Virus record (IMG/VR): IMGVR_UViG_3300008120_000087
From: an uncultured virus (IMG/VR IMGVR_UViG_3300008120_000087)
Taxonomy: Duplodnaviria > Heunggongvirae > Uroviricota > Caudoviricetes
Length of the DNA stretch: 64,000 nucleotides
Reading direction: 5' to 3' (one strand)
Shown: one piece after another, positions 39,072-47,825 of the stretch
How positions within the stretch are numbered: position 1 is the stretch's first letter
How the letters are laid out: each line of letters begins with the position of its first letter
Made by a program: the position numbers and the translations under genes
Notes under the pieces: generated by a model
What the model was told of the DNA's origin: nothing
Databases searched by the model: none
Seen by the model: the letters and a program-made list of their open reading frames with translations, nothing else

Positions 39072-39471
39072 AGTTCATCGTTATGTATAAAAGAACTTTA
39101 TGTAGTTCATCTAATTTGTAATGGAATTCTAATATCATAGGGTCATTAATAATTAAACCATCAACATCACCTCCTTTAAACTTAAAGGTTACTGGGTCGA
39201 TTTGGTGTTTGAAAAAAAATTCATGCACTTGGTTTGAGATTATTGATAACATATGTCCAACACTGTGTGCGTCTCCGTCACAAGCGCCCTGATAATCAAT
39301 TTCGACATCAACATCCATTCCCTCCATTACATCACCATTATATGAAATGTCTGTCACTTGGAGGTTTATCAACTCAAAGTGTTTGTGCATTTCACTTAGG
39401 AAAAGATACTTGAACTTTTCCGTAAGCGTTTCTTTGTATCTATATTTCCATTCTTTAGAAAATTTTTCCAT
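39058..39471 (-). CDS. Hypothetical protein
   Basis: Start MEKFS follows a TATTTAT motif. Confidence 0.6.
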   Translation of the reverse strand: MEKFSKEWKYRYKETLTEKFKYLFLSEMHKHFELINLQVTDISYNGDVMEGMDVDVEIDYQGACDGDAHSVGHMLSIISNQVHEFFFKHQIDPVTFKFKGGDVDGLIINDPMILEFHYKLDELHKVLLYITMNYDQQ

Positions 39472-39531
39472 ATTAATATAAATAGATTTGTCTTTTGAAT
39501 ATTTTCCTTTAGTTTTTAAAAAACAAATCAT

Positions 39532-39954
39532 ATGGGAATCACTGTAACACTAACAGCAGAAGAAATCCTAAACACACCTAACGACTTCGAACTTGGTGGT
39601 CTTGCAAGAAACAAATACTGGCAAGAAAGAAGAAACCTTGAGGGTCCTCCTCAAGATGATGAACATTTCATGATGGAAATTGCTCCTGATGGAAGTGTAA
39701 AGAAAATCATTCGACCTTGGACTTGTTCAATCTGTGGTAAAGATACTTCTGAAGTTGAATATGATTATCTTGTAGGATATGACCATTTGGGATGTGTTCT
39801 CCAAGGAGACCCAAAGATGGATGAGAAAGACAGATGTGTAATCTGTGGACAAGAATCACCATACCTTCGTTCAACAAATATAAATGAAAGAATTGGATAT
39901 GTGGAAGGTGGGGGACAAGCTTGTTTCCAACCACACATTTGTGATAAAGTTTAA
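39532..39954 (+). CDS. Hypothetical Zn-binding protein
   Basis: CSIC and CVIC motifs, GYVEGGGQAC. Confidence 0.6.
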   Translation: MGITVTLTAEEILNTPNDFELGGLARNKYWQERRNLEGPPQDDEHFMMEIAPDGSVKKIIRPWTCSICGKDTSEVEYDYLVGYDHLGCVLQGDPKMDEKDRCVICGQESPYLRSTNINERIGYVEGGGQACFQPHICDKV

Positions 39955-39960
39955 AATATA

Positions 39961-39992
39961 TTTGGCTGGTAAATTGTGGTTCCCTATCTTTG
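39961..39992 (+). promoter_or_regulatory. SigmaA-type promoter
   Basis: TTTG-N20-TATCTTTG. Confidence 0.7.
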
Positions 39993-40011
39993 TGTAACAA
40001 AACACAACAAT

Positions 40012-40467
40012 ATGACACAAACCACTACCCTTCCCGCAGTAAACATCAACACCAACAACGCCTATTCTTCTGACGTTTTTTACGGTTCATTCAGAACTTT
40101 CGTTAAAGGTAAATCTCTCGACGTTTCAGTTTCAAACCACCTGAAAGATATCAACAAAGAATATGAATTCCGCATCGCAGGCAAATGCAAAGCTGGGTTT
40201 ATCAACATCCACGACACCAAAGGAACTGTTGATGTAATCCGTGGATATGGCAAGAATTCTTTGGTCAACATTCAAGTTAAGAACGAATACGGTCAGTGGA
40301 TGAACGTTTACACTACAAAAGGTGGTAAGTGGTATTCAATCGACCTTGGTTTCTTAAAGGTAATCACCGTTGGAACCATGAGAACTTGTTTCCCTGACAT
40401 GTGTGATATGAACTTGTGGACATTGGTTGGAGCAAAGACTTGGGCAGATAAAGCATTCGCGAAATGA
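40012..40467 (+). CDS. Hypothetical early protein
   Basis: Start MTQTTT after a promoter; C-ending codon bias. Confidence 0.65.
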   Translation: MTQTTTLPAVNINTNNAYSSDVFYGSFRTFVKGKSLDVSVSNHLKDINKEYEFRIAGKCKAGFINIHDTKGTVDVIRGYGKNSLVNIQVKNEYGQWMNVYTTKGGKWYSIDLGFLKVITVGTMRTCFPDMCDMNLWTLVGAKTWADKAFAK

Positions 40468-40694
40468 TGTGGGAAATATATGGATATATCGGGAGCGTCC
40501 TCATTTTAGGTTCATTCCTAATTGAGGACGTTTTCCGTCTTAGAGCGGTCAACACGGTTGGCGCAATTTTTTGGTTAGTTTATGGATTCGGAATTTCGGC
40601 AGGTCCGACAATTGTTGTAAATTCGTGCGTTATCATCATTCACTCCTATTGGTTTTACAAACACAGAAAAGAATGGACATCAAAGAAAAAATAA
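40464..40694 (+). CDS. YgjV-like inner membrane protein
   Basis: GYIGSVLI..LRAVN..GA.FW.VYG..P..VN. Confidence 0.7.
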   Translation: MMWEIYGYIGSVLILGSFLIEDVFRLRAVNTVGAIFWLVYGFGISAGPTIVVNSCVIIIHSYWFYKHRKEWTSKKK

Positions 40695-41938
40695 AATCAG
40701 CTCCCAAATACCCTGGTTGTTACATCTACAAAGATGGCAAAGACCAGGTAATATATGTGGGGATGTCCAAGTTCCTTCCCAAACGTGTTGCGTCTTATTT
40801 CAATAAGAAACACGATGACAAGAAGACAAGGACCCTTGTTGAACAAATACGTGACGTTGAGTATCAGATTGCTTCATCTGAGGCTGAGGCTCTCATCATG
40901 GAGGAAGAACTCATCAAAATTTACAAACCCAAGTTCAACATCAAAGGTAAAGATGATAAGTCAAGAACTTGGCATTTGTCTTTGACTGGTGGACCATACT
41001 CCAAACTTCAAATAACTCATGGGAAAGGTGAGGACACCTGTGGAATCAACTTCACCTCAGGTCAAAGGGCGTATGAAGTTATGGAACTTATCAACGACAT
41101 CCTTCCACTTAGAACTTGTTCCTATACTTTGAATCAAGAAAACATCGGGGCAGGTAAATTCAAACCATGTCTTGAGTATCATATTGGTCGTTGTAACGCA
41201 CCCTGCATTGCCTTGGAATCGAACCTTGAATATCTGAAGTATCAATTAATTGTTCGAAAGATATTCGAACTTGATTATAAGATGTTAAAGGTGTTTCTCA
41301 CAGGAAAAATGCATGAGTTTGCCAAGAACTTGGAGTTCGAAAAGGCGGACAACTACCTCAACAGGGTTAATCAAATCAAAAAACTTGAAGAGAAACTCGA
41401 ACCCATCCGTGTAAGGAAATATAACAAGATTGCCTTTGGTATAAAAAAGGTTTTGGGTCTTAAAAATCTTCCTTTGATTATCGAGGCGTTTGACAACTCA
41501 CACAATCAGGGTGACTCAAATGTTGCGGCCTCTGTAAGATATGTGAATAACAAACCTCTCAAGAGTGAATACCGTAAGTATATCATTCGTGAGGAGTCAA
41601 ACAATGGTAATGATTGTCTGTCATTCGAGGAAGTGGTTTACAGACGTTTTAAGAGACTCTTGGATGAAAAGGGTCAACTACCTGACCTTGTTCTAATTGA
41701 TGGGGGAATTGGTCAATTAAACGTTGCAAAGAAGGTATTTGAGTCTCTTGGACTTACCAACAGGATTGATTTGATATCAATTTCGAAAGACCAAAAACAC
41801 AGGTCACAGACCGTTCATACAACTGATGGTAAACAACATCCAATGGATTGGTCCGTTCTCGGAGTTATTCAAGAAGAGGTTCACAGGTTTGCAATAAAGT
41901 TTCATAGAGAAAGAGCAGGAAAAAAACTTTTGGCATAA
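40673..41938 (+). CDS. uvrC: Excinuclease UvrC-like, lacking the C-terminal HhH domain
   Basis: PGCYIY..IYVG GIY-YIG domain, Cys cluster, LEFEKA UVR domain, IEAFDNSH, LIDGGIGQL, EEVHRFA. Confidence 0.88.
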   Translation: MDIKEKIKSAPKYPGCYIYKDGKDQVIYVGMSKFLPKRVASYFNKKHDDKKTRTLVEQIRDVEYQIASSEAEALIMEEELIKIYKPKFNIKGKDDKSRTWHLSLTGGPYSKLQITHGKGEDTCGINFTSGQRAYEVMELINDILPLRTCSYTLNQENIGAGKFKPCLEYHIGRCNAPCIALESNLEYLKYQLIVRKIFELDYKMLKVFLTGKMHEFAKNLEFEKADNYLNRVNQIKKLEEKLEPIRVRKYNKIAFGIKKVLGLKNLPLIIEAFDNSHNQGDSNVAASVRYVNNKPLKSEYRKYIIREESNNGNDCLSFEEVVYRRFKRLLDEKGQLPDLVLIDGGIGQLNVAKKVFESLGLTNRIDLISISKDQKHRSQTVHTTDGKQHPMDWSVLGVIQEEVHRFAIKFHRERAGKKLLA

Positions 41939-41973
41939 TAGGGTTTGTGTCTTATATTTGCACAAATATTTAT
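41929..41973 (+). promoter_or_regulatory. SigmaA-type promoter plus TATTTAT motif in tandem
   Basis: TTTG-N20-TATATTTG, then TATTTAT at 41967. Confidence 0.65.
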
Positions 41974-41977
41974 AGAT

Positions 41978-43462
41978 ATGATGTCCAAAAGTTTGGCAAT
42001 AGCCCTCAATGAAAAAGATGTTGAAAATTCCTACCGACACGAATTCAAAAAGAAATTCAAGGATATGGAAATCACATCTCCTTTTGGATGCGATGGATTC
42101 GGAGTTTCCAAATCTCACAAGGTCAGAACTCTTATGGAGTTCAAAGATGATTTGAATTTGTCAAACAAATCTGAACTTGTAAAAGTTCTTGCTCAATCTG
42201 TTTTCTATGTAAAGCGTTTCTACGATAAAGGAATTGTTCCTCCATCTACAATTTTCATCGGGGATAGAAACGAGTGCTTAACATTACATGTCAATGATAT
42301 CATTAAGTATTTAGAAATGGATTTGGATTGGAGTGTTCCACCCTCATCTGCTCATTCAATTACTGATTTAGTATTAACCATGATGAAGGACGAATCAATC
42401 AAACCATTCGTCTATGATTCTCATCATTTTCCTGAGTGTATTCAAAAGGTTAAAGACCTCACTGATAATGTTCAAAGAAAAGTTCTCGTTACGGACAAAA
42501 ACATTACAGAGGTATTCCGTTATTTTGATGAAAAAGTTCTTGTAAAAAATAAGTTCACTACCAATGAAAGAGCGAATCTATTTGTTCAAATTTTGGTGAA
42601 CAAGGACGACAACTATCTTCACCCTGTCAAGAAAAGAAAGACAGTTGTTTCAAAGGCGTTAGGTGAGGTTCCTGTAGTATCTCGTGAAGCCTTCGAATCA
42701 TTCTTCGGACACTTTTCGTCTTCTTATACGCCATCTCAGAAACATAAGTTAGCCGCTGTTGTTGACCGCATTGTTGAAGATACTGTTCGTCGTAAACAAG
42801 GTGAGTTCTTCACACCTTCAATTTGGGTAGACAAAGCCCACGAATATATCACATCAGTGTTCGGTGAAGATTGGAAAGAAAAATATATTGTTTGGGACCC
42901 TGCTTGGGGGACGGGGAATCTTACCCGTGATTATAAGTTCAAAGAACTTTATTGTTCAACTTTAATTCAGGCAGATATTGATACTGCAAATCAAATGGGA
43001 TATAACCCTGAAGCGGTTAAGTTTCAATATGACTTCTTGAATGATGATTATGAGAAACTCCCTATTGGTTTGAGAAATGCGATTGAGGGAGGTAAGGAGA
43101 TTATTGTATTGATGAATCCACCCTACACCACGGGTTCGAAAAAAACATCTTATAAAGAAGAGGGACATGATAGGGCGGGTGCAAGTAAAACTAAGATAAA
43201 TGAAATCATGGTTAAAGAAAAAATGGGAAATTCGGCTCAACAACTCTACCTTCAATTCATATATAGAATTCAAAAAGAGTTCAAAACGAATATTGCAATA
43301 TTCTCTCCATTAACATGGATTTCAGGACCATCTTCCGAAACATTTAGAAAACTTTTTTTTGGTGAATATTCATTTTCAGGAGGTTACATAATGGATTCAT
43401 CCAACTTCGCGGATGTGTCTTCTTGGGCACTTTCATTTTCAATTTTCTCAAATAAAAAATAA
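41978..43462 (+). CDS. Type IIG-like restriction-modification protein (PD-(D/E)xK-like plus N6-adenine MTase)
   Basis: CDG..LMEFK; GEFFTP, WDPAWGTGN, MNPPY. Confidence 0.75.
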   Translation: MMSKSLAIALNEKDVENSYRHEFKKKFKDMEITSPFGCDGFGVSKSHKVRTLMEFKDDLNLSNKSELVKVLAQSVFYVKRFYDKGIVPPSTIFIGDRNECLTLHVNDIIKYLEMDLDWSVPPSSAHSITDLVLTMMKDESIKPFVYDSHHFPECIQKVKDLTDNVQRKVLVTDKNITEVFRYFDEKVLVKNKFTTNERANLFVQILVNKDDNYLHPVKKRKTVVSKALGEVPVVSREAFESFFGHFSSSYTPSQKHKLAAVVDRIVEDTVRRKQGEFFTPSIWVDKAHEYITSVFGEDWKEKYIVWDPAWGTGNLTRDYKFKELYCSTLIQADIDTANQMGYNPEAVKFQYDFLNDDYEKLPIGLRNAIEGGKEIIVLMNPPYTTGSKKTSYKEEGHDRAGASKTKINEIMVKEKMGNSAQQLYLQFIYRIQKEFKTNIAIFSPLTWISGPSSETFRKLFFGEYSFSGGYIMDSSNFADVSSWALSFSIFSNKK

Positions 43463-43487
43463 GTCCTATCTTTACAAAAAAAACAAA

Positions 43488-44399
43488 ATGTTTACATACG
43501 ATTTACTTGAATTAAATAAAGATTTTCAAATAGAAAATAAATCAACCAAATTTGTTTATAATACAGACCAACTCAAGTCACTAAAAGATTATGCGAAAGG
43601 TCAAATAAAAGGGGCGAAAGATGCTCCTCAACTTTCTTCATCTCTGAAAGTGAAACAAAAAGGGTATGGTTCACTATTACCTAATAGTTTTGGTTATTTA
43701 CTTTCTACCGCCAACAATGTAGGAAAGAGCATGGAAGATGTCGCTTTGTTTACAAGCACCTGTAGTGTTGGTCATGGATTTTCAGTTACTCAAAAAAATT
43801 TTATAGAGTCTTTATTATTATTTTCAGTTCGAAGAATGATTACTGCAGATTGGAAAAACGAAAAGGACGAATATCTCGCTCCAAATGAACAACATGAATT
43901 GTTCAATCAATTCAAGTATGATTCTGTTGTTTATTCTTTATTCGAGTCTAAATCAAATCAATCTTCTCTTCGTCAAGTTGAATACAAAGACCAATTATGG
44001 GATATAAAAAACGAATTCTTTTGGATGTCCTTAGACAAGATGAAAGAACTTGCGGACCAAAACGGATATGATGAACTTTACAACGACGCAAGGACATCTT
44101 CAGACCGTTATGTTCACAAAATTCTATTTGGTGAAGAAAGAATCTACGACAAACTTTCTCCTGATGCAAAAGCAGTATTAGATAAAGCAACAGAACTTGT
44201 TGAAAGGTCTATGGAACTTCGTCAAGTTATGGCAAACGATGAAAATCATCTCAACTCTTGGGATGCAGGGTATGCTCAACTTAAACTTGTGTGGAAAGAA
44301 TATTTCCAAGAAGAGTTCAAAGAGTTTCGTCAGTTATATAAGAACTTGGAAGATAGAATGAGACCATTAGTATATGAACTTGGTTTTTTAAAAAAATAA
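43488..44399 (+). CDS. Probable target-recognition/C-terminal partner of the upstream MTase
   Basis: Immediately downstream; no catalytic motifs seen. Confidence 0.5.
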   Translation: MFTYDLLELNKDFQIENKSTKFVYNTDQLKSLKDYAKGQIKGAKDAPQLSSSLKVKQKGYGSLLPNSFGYLLSTANNVGKSMEDVALFTSTCSVGHGFSVTQKNFIESLLLFSVRRMITADWKNEKDEYLAPNEQHELFNQFKYDSVVYSLFESKSNQSSLRQVEYKDQLWDIKNEFFWMSLDKMKELADQNGYDELYNDARTSSDRYVHKILFGEERIYDKLSPDAKAVLDKATELVERSMELRQVMANDENHLNSWDAGYAQLKLVWKEYFQEEFKEFRQLYKNLEDRMRPLVYELGFLKK

Positions 44400-44400
44400 T

Positions 44401-44431
44401 TTTGGTGAATTGTGTGAAATGATTATCTTTG
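44401..44431 (+). promoter_or_regulatory. SigmaA-type promoter
   Basis: TTTG-N19-TATCTTTG. Confidence 0.7.
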
Positions 44432-44452
44432 TATTCACAAAACACATCCACC

Positions 44453-45093
44453 ATGACTACCACAACCCAAGTTTCAGTTCAAGACAAAGTTCGTAACTAC
44501 CAAGGTCAAAACCGTTTCATCCTCAAGAGGATGTGAAGCGTATCGTTGACTACAAGGGCGAGAACCCTTTCGTAAAGGACATCGCCTCCAAATTTCAGAA
44601 GTGGGGTACACTTACCTCAAAGCAAATCTCAGCCGCTGTGGCTCAGATTCAGAAGGAAGAAGATAAGGAGAAGACCATTCGTATGAACTGGCCTACCGAA
44701 GGTGAGACCATTAAACTTGGTCGTAAAAAGGGTATGGAACTCAAAGAGACCTACGGTCTTCAGTTTAACCCCATCCTTATCGACATCACTCGTGTGAAGG
44801 CGGTGTCACCAAAGGCGGTACAGTTCACAGGTAAGTTGACTATCAAGCGTGGTAAGGTTTGTACATGTTGCATGAAGACTCTCACAGATGAGTTCTCTAT
44901 GTTGACTGGTCTCGGTAAGATTTGTGCGGGTCATATGGGTGTGGAATATATCAAGGACGCTTCAGAAGCAGAAAGATTCCGTCAAGATTATCTTCGTCGG
45001 GTGGAAGAAATTGGTGAATTGACTTTTTGGGTTCCTAAATCCCAAATCAAAAAGTGGGATGGTGAGACTGAAGCAATCCTTCGAGCAATGTAA
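44453..45093 (+). pseudogene. Interrupted early gene: 27-aa ORF (44453-44536) plus continuation in the -1 frame (44533-45093)
   Basis: MTTTTQ...VRNYQGQNRFILKRM* followed by VKRIVDYKGENPF...CTCC..GLGKIC. Confidence 0.55.
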
Positions 45094-45096
45094 TAA

Positions 45097-45125
45097 GAAC
45101 CCCTCCAATAAGGAGGGGTTTTTTT
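45097..45125 (+). terminator. Intrinsic terminator (CCCCTC/GAGGGG family)
   Basis: AACCCCTCC-aataa-GGAGGGGTT followed by a T tract. Confidence 0.85.
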
Positions 45126-45164
45126 ATTTGGTTTATTTGAAATAATTTTTTATAATTTTAAACT

Positions 45165-45323
45165 ATGACAAAACAAGAAGTAAAAGATGCGATTTTTTCT
45201 TTAGACTACGTCTCAGGGCAATTGAAAGTTTATGGTGAGAAAAACGATTATGACCACGAGCTTTTACTAAGACACCTCAAAGACGTTGTTAATAAAATCG
45301 AATCAGACAAACCATCCAATTAA
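45165..45323 (+). CDS. Small hypothetical protein (52 aa)
   Basis: MTKQEVKDAIFSLDYV... between two terminators. Confidence 0.55.
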   Translation: MTKQEVKDAIFSLDYVSGQLKVYGEKNDYDHELLLRHLKDVVNKIESDKPSN

Positions 45324-45327
45324 TTTC

Positions 45328-45356
45328 AAACCTCTCCAATCAGGAGGGGTTTTTTA
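45328..45356 (+). terminator. Intrinsic terminator (CCCCTC/GAGGGG family)
   Basis: AAACCTCTCC-aatca-GGAGGGGTTT followed by a T tract. Confidence 0.85.
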
Positions 45357-45377
45357 TTTTGTTTTGTATTTATAATC

Positions 45378-45806
45378 ATGAGAGAACTCATCAAAAAAAT
45401 ATTAAGGGAGGCAATTGTTTTGACATCAGACACACCTGATTGGGTGGAGAAGTTTCATGAACTTTCAAAAGAGGAGAGAATTCAATTTATTAAGGACTAC
45501 AAAGTTCGTATCGAACGTATACTTCCAAAGATTATAGAATTTTTTAAAGTTAAGTTTGGGGATGAGTTGGTGAAGATTGAGATTGGGGAGAAAGGAACTC
45601 ATTATGGAAATGAAGGTTTCTCCATTCAAAGACCAAACATCAAATTTTACTTTGACTTCAGCAAACAAAAGAAGGATAGGAATTGGTCTTTACTTGCCAA
45701 GAGGGAAGTATATAAGGACCTCAAATCTTATTTCAATTTGGATATTGCCTATTATGGAACACCACTCGAATATGAGGTTTTTGAAATGACCTGGACAAAA
45801 GTATGA
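45378..45806 (+). CDS. Hypothetical protein with MRELIKKILRE leader
   Basis: TATTTAT at 45367. Confidence 0.65.
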   Translation: MRELIKKILREAIVLTSDTPDWVEKFHELSKEERIQFIKDYKVRIERILPKIIEFFKVKFGDELVKIEIGEKGTHYGNEGFSIQRPNIKFYFDFSKQKKDRNWSLLAKREVYKDLKSYFNLDIAYYGTPLEYEVFEMTWTKV

Positions 45807-46120
45807 TGAAAAGATATATTATTACAGAACAACAAAACGATAGGATAAAAGAAATTATCAAACAGGTTGCTGAGACTTTCACAAACAACTCTGTTATGAA
45901 AACTGAGGTTGCGATTGAAGAAGGTAAAGCAATGATGGGTGGAACCTATTATATTCTTCATCCAATATTTTATGTTACCGAAAGAACTATGGGTCCTGAT
46001 TTTCATTTTTTTAAACACCAACTTGCACAGTTCGTTGAGGATATGGTTGGAGTTCCCGTTCATTCAGCCACCGCAACAATAAGAAATATTAACCATGAAG
46101 TACGTAATAACAGAAAATAG
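45803..46120 (+). CDS. Hypothetical protein with KxYIITE leader
   Basis: MMKRYIITEQQ. Confidence 0.6.
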   Translation: MMKRYIITEQQNDRIKEIIKQVAETFTNNSVMKTEVAIEEGKAMMGGTYYILHPIFYVTERTMGPDFHFFKHQLAQFVEDMVGVPVHSATATIRNINHEVRNNRK

Positions 46121-46448
46121 GTTAAAAAATTTGATATTATCTTATCTTGATTCAATCGATTGGTGGGAGTGGGATATTGGTGATGGTGAGTTTAATCTTG
46201 CAGACGGACAGTATAATACAAGCAAAATTCTTTACAGAATTCAATATTCAAGTATGCATCCACACAGAGAGTTTGAAGTGATTTACCTTAGTGATGGATT
46301 AGTTACTCAATTAACTAAACTTTTTTCAATTCCTAATCTCGACGCCATCAAAACCATAATAAATTGGTTCAATGAGAGATATGATAAATCCCTCACAATG
46401 GATAATTTTGAGTGGATGCATGAAGAAGACCAAAATGAAGACGAGTAA
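46095..46448 (+). CDS. Hypothetical protein, MKYxITENRL paralog
   Basis: Shared N-terminus and WF C-terminal pattern. Confidence 0.65.
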   Translation: MKYVITENRLKNLILSYLDSIDWWEWDIGDGEFNLADGQYNTSKILYRIQYSSMHPHREFEVIYLSDGLVTQLTKLFSIPNLDAIKTIINWFNERYDKSLTMDNFEWMHEEDQNEDE

Positions 46449-46449
46449 T

Positions 46450-46758
46450 ATGAAATACATTATTTCTGAAAATAGGTTGAATCAGTTTATTATCGACTAC
46501 CTTAACAATTTGATTGAAAGGAAGGTTGTTAACCGACTTCATCCTTATATTGTAGTATCTCACCAAATTGGGGATGGTGAAGACGATTGGGAGGACATTA
46601 TGGAATTTGACCACACAGATGGAAGATTATGGGTTAACCGCCACTTCCAAAAAAATATGACCGATATGTTTGCTTTGAGTGAAGAAAAAATGAAACTCTT
46701 AATTAAACTATGGTTCGAAAATAAATTCAATGTTAAGGTGGAATTCGTAGAGCCATGA
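46450..46758 (+). CDS. Hypothetical protein, MKYxISENRL paralog
   Basis: Start reassigned to MKYIISENRL. Confidence 0.65.
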   Translation: MKYIISENRLNQFIIDYLNNLIERKVVNRLHPYIVVSHQIGDGEDDWEDIMEFDHTDGRLWVNRHFQKNMTDMFALSEEKMKLLIKLWFENKFNVKVEFVEP

Positions 46759-47072
46759 AATACATCATCACAGAAAATAGATTAAACAAGTTCCTTGGAA
46801 TTGTTGGAGAATCTAAAATAAATGACAAGATTTTTTTATTTCTTGACAGTTACCTTGAGGACTATTCTCCTGAGGAAACTAACAACCTAGTCTTGTTCGG
46901 AAAAGGTAAGGAAAACAAGATGGCATATGAGAAAGGTGACCAAATTTTATTCGTTACTGACCAACTTTTCGAACTCGTAAAAATCATGTTTAACCTATCC
47001 AAAACAGGAACAAAAGAGGTTTTCAAGGATTACTTGGGTAACATGGGTTACAGGGTCAAAAGGTTCATGTAA
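46755..47072 (+). CDS. Hypothetical protein, MKYxITENRL paralog
   Basis: Shared N-terminus. Confidence 0.65.
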   Translation: MKYIITENRLNKFLGIVGESKINDKIFLFLDSYLEDYSPEETNNLVLFGKGKENKMAYEKGDQILFVTDQLFELVKIMFNLSKTGTKEVFKDYLGNMGYRVKRFM

Positions 47073-47186
47073 GACGATTTTCGGATTTTCAAAGATATTT
47101 ATAAGAGAATATAAATCCCATCCCATCTCAACTTAGTTGTAGGTGAAGATGGGTTTTTTATTTATAAACCGTTAAATAAAACGAAA

Positions 47187-47633
47187 ATGAAGAAACAATT
47201 TTTGTTATTTTTTGCTCTCGTATGTTCGCTAGTAACATTTGCACAAGATAAAAAGGGATGGGATATCTCTGTTGGTGCAACTGTGAACGCTCCGTTAGCA
47301 GGAAATGTTGGTTGGGATTCCAAAGCATGGGGTCAGAAAGTTAACTTTCATAAAAAGAATTTGAATGTATCTTTCCAGTTCATGCAAGACAAGGCGTCTT
47401 TTGTAAGAATGCCTGTTTTAGTTGGATACCGTAAGCACCTTAAGAAGAACCTTTATGTTGGTCTTGACGGGGGTGTTACTTTGTTCGATGGACAAAAAGG
47501 GCAATTTACTTATGTCCCTACCATTGGATACAAGATAAACAAGAAGTGGTGCTTAGAACAATCAATTCTAAGAACTGTAAAAGATGGTAAGCATTCCAAC
47601 CTTGTAGGTTTGGGTCTGAACTATCATTTATAG
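47187..47633 (+). CDS. Small outer-membrane beta-barrel-like protein with signal peptide
   Basis: MKKQFLLFFAL..FAQ; alternating beta strands; C-terminal GLGLNYHL. Confidence 0.7.
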   Translation: MKKQFLLFFALVCSLVTFAQDKKGWDISVGATVNAPLAGNVGWDSKAWGQKVNFHKKNLNVSFQFMQDKASFVRMPVLVGYRKHLKKNLYVGLDGGVTLFDGQKGQFTYVPTIGYKINKKWCLEQSILRTVKDGKHSNLVGLGLNYHL

Positions 47634-47663
47634 TCTAAACAAAATTAAACCTTTTAAAAAACT

Positions 47664-47771
47664 ATGGAACAATTAGAATTTTTATGGCATTGGCACTTTT
47701 TATTAGGTGTCGTTGTCGGAGTTGTGGTGGGACCACATATTCTAAAGCTTGTTTCTAAAATCAAGAAATAA
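47664..47771 (+). CDS. Small membrane peptide (35 aa)
   Basis: MEQLEFLWHWHFLLGVVVGVVVGPHILKLVSKIKK*. Confidence 0.55.
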   Translation: MEQLEFLWHWHFLLGVVVGVVVGPHILKLVSKIKK

Positions 47772-47775
47772 GTAA

Positions 47776-47803
47776 AGGCCCCCGAGAAATCGGGGGTTTT
47801 TTT
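47776..47803 (+). terminator. Intrinsic terminator
   Basis: GGCCCCCGA-gaaa-TCGGGGGTT followed by a T tract. Confidence 0.85.
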
Positions 47804-47825
47804 ATGTCCAAAGTATTTATAAAAC

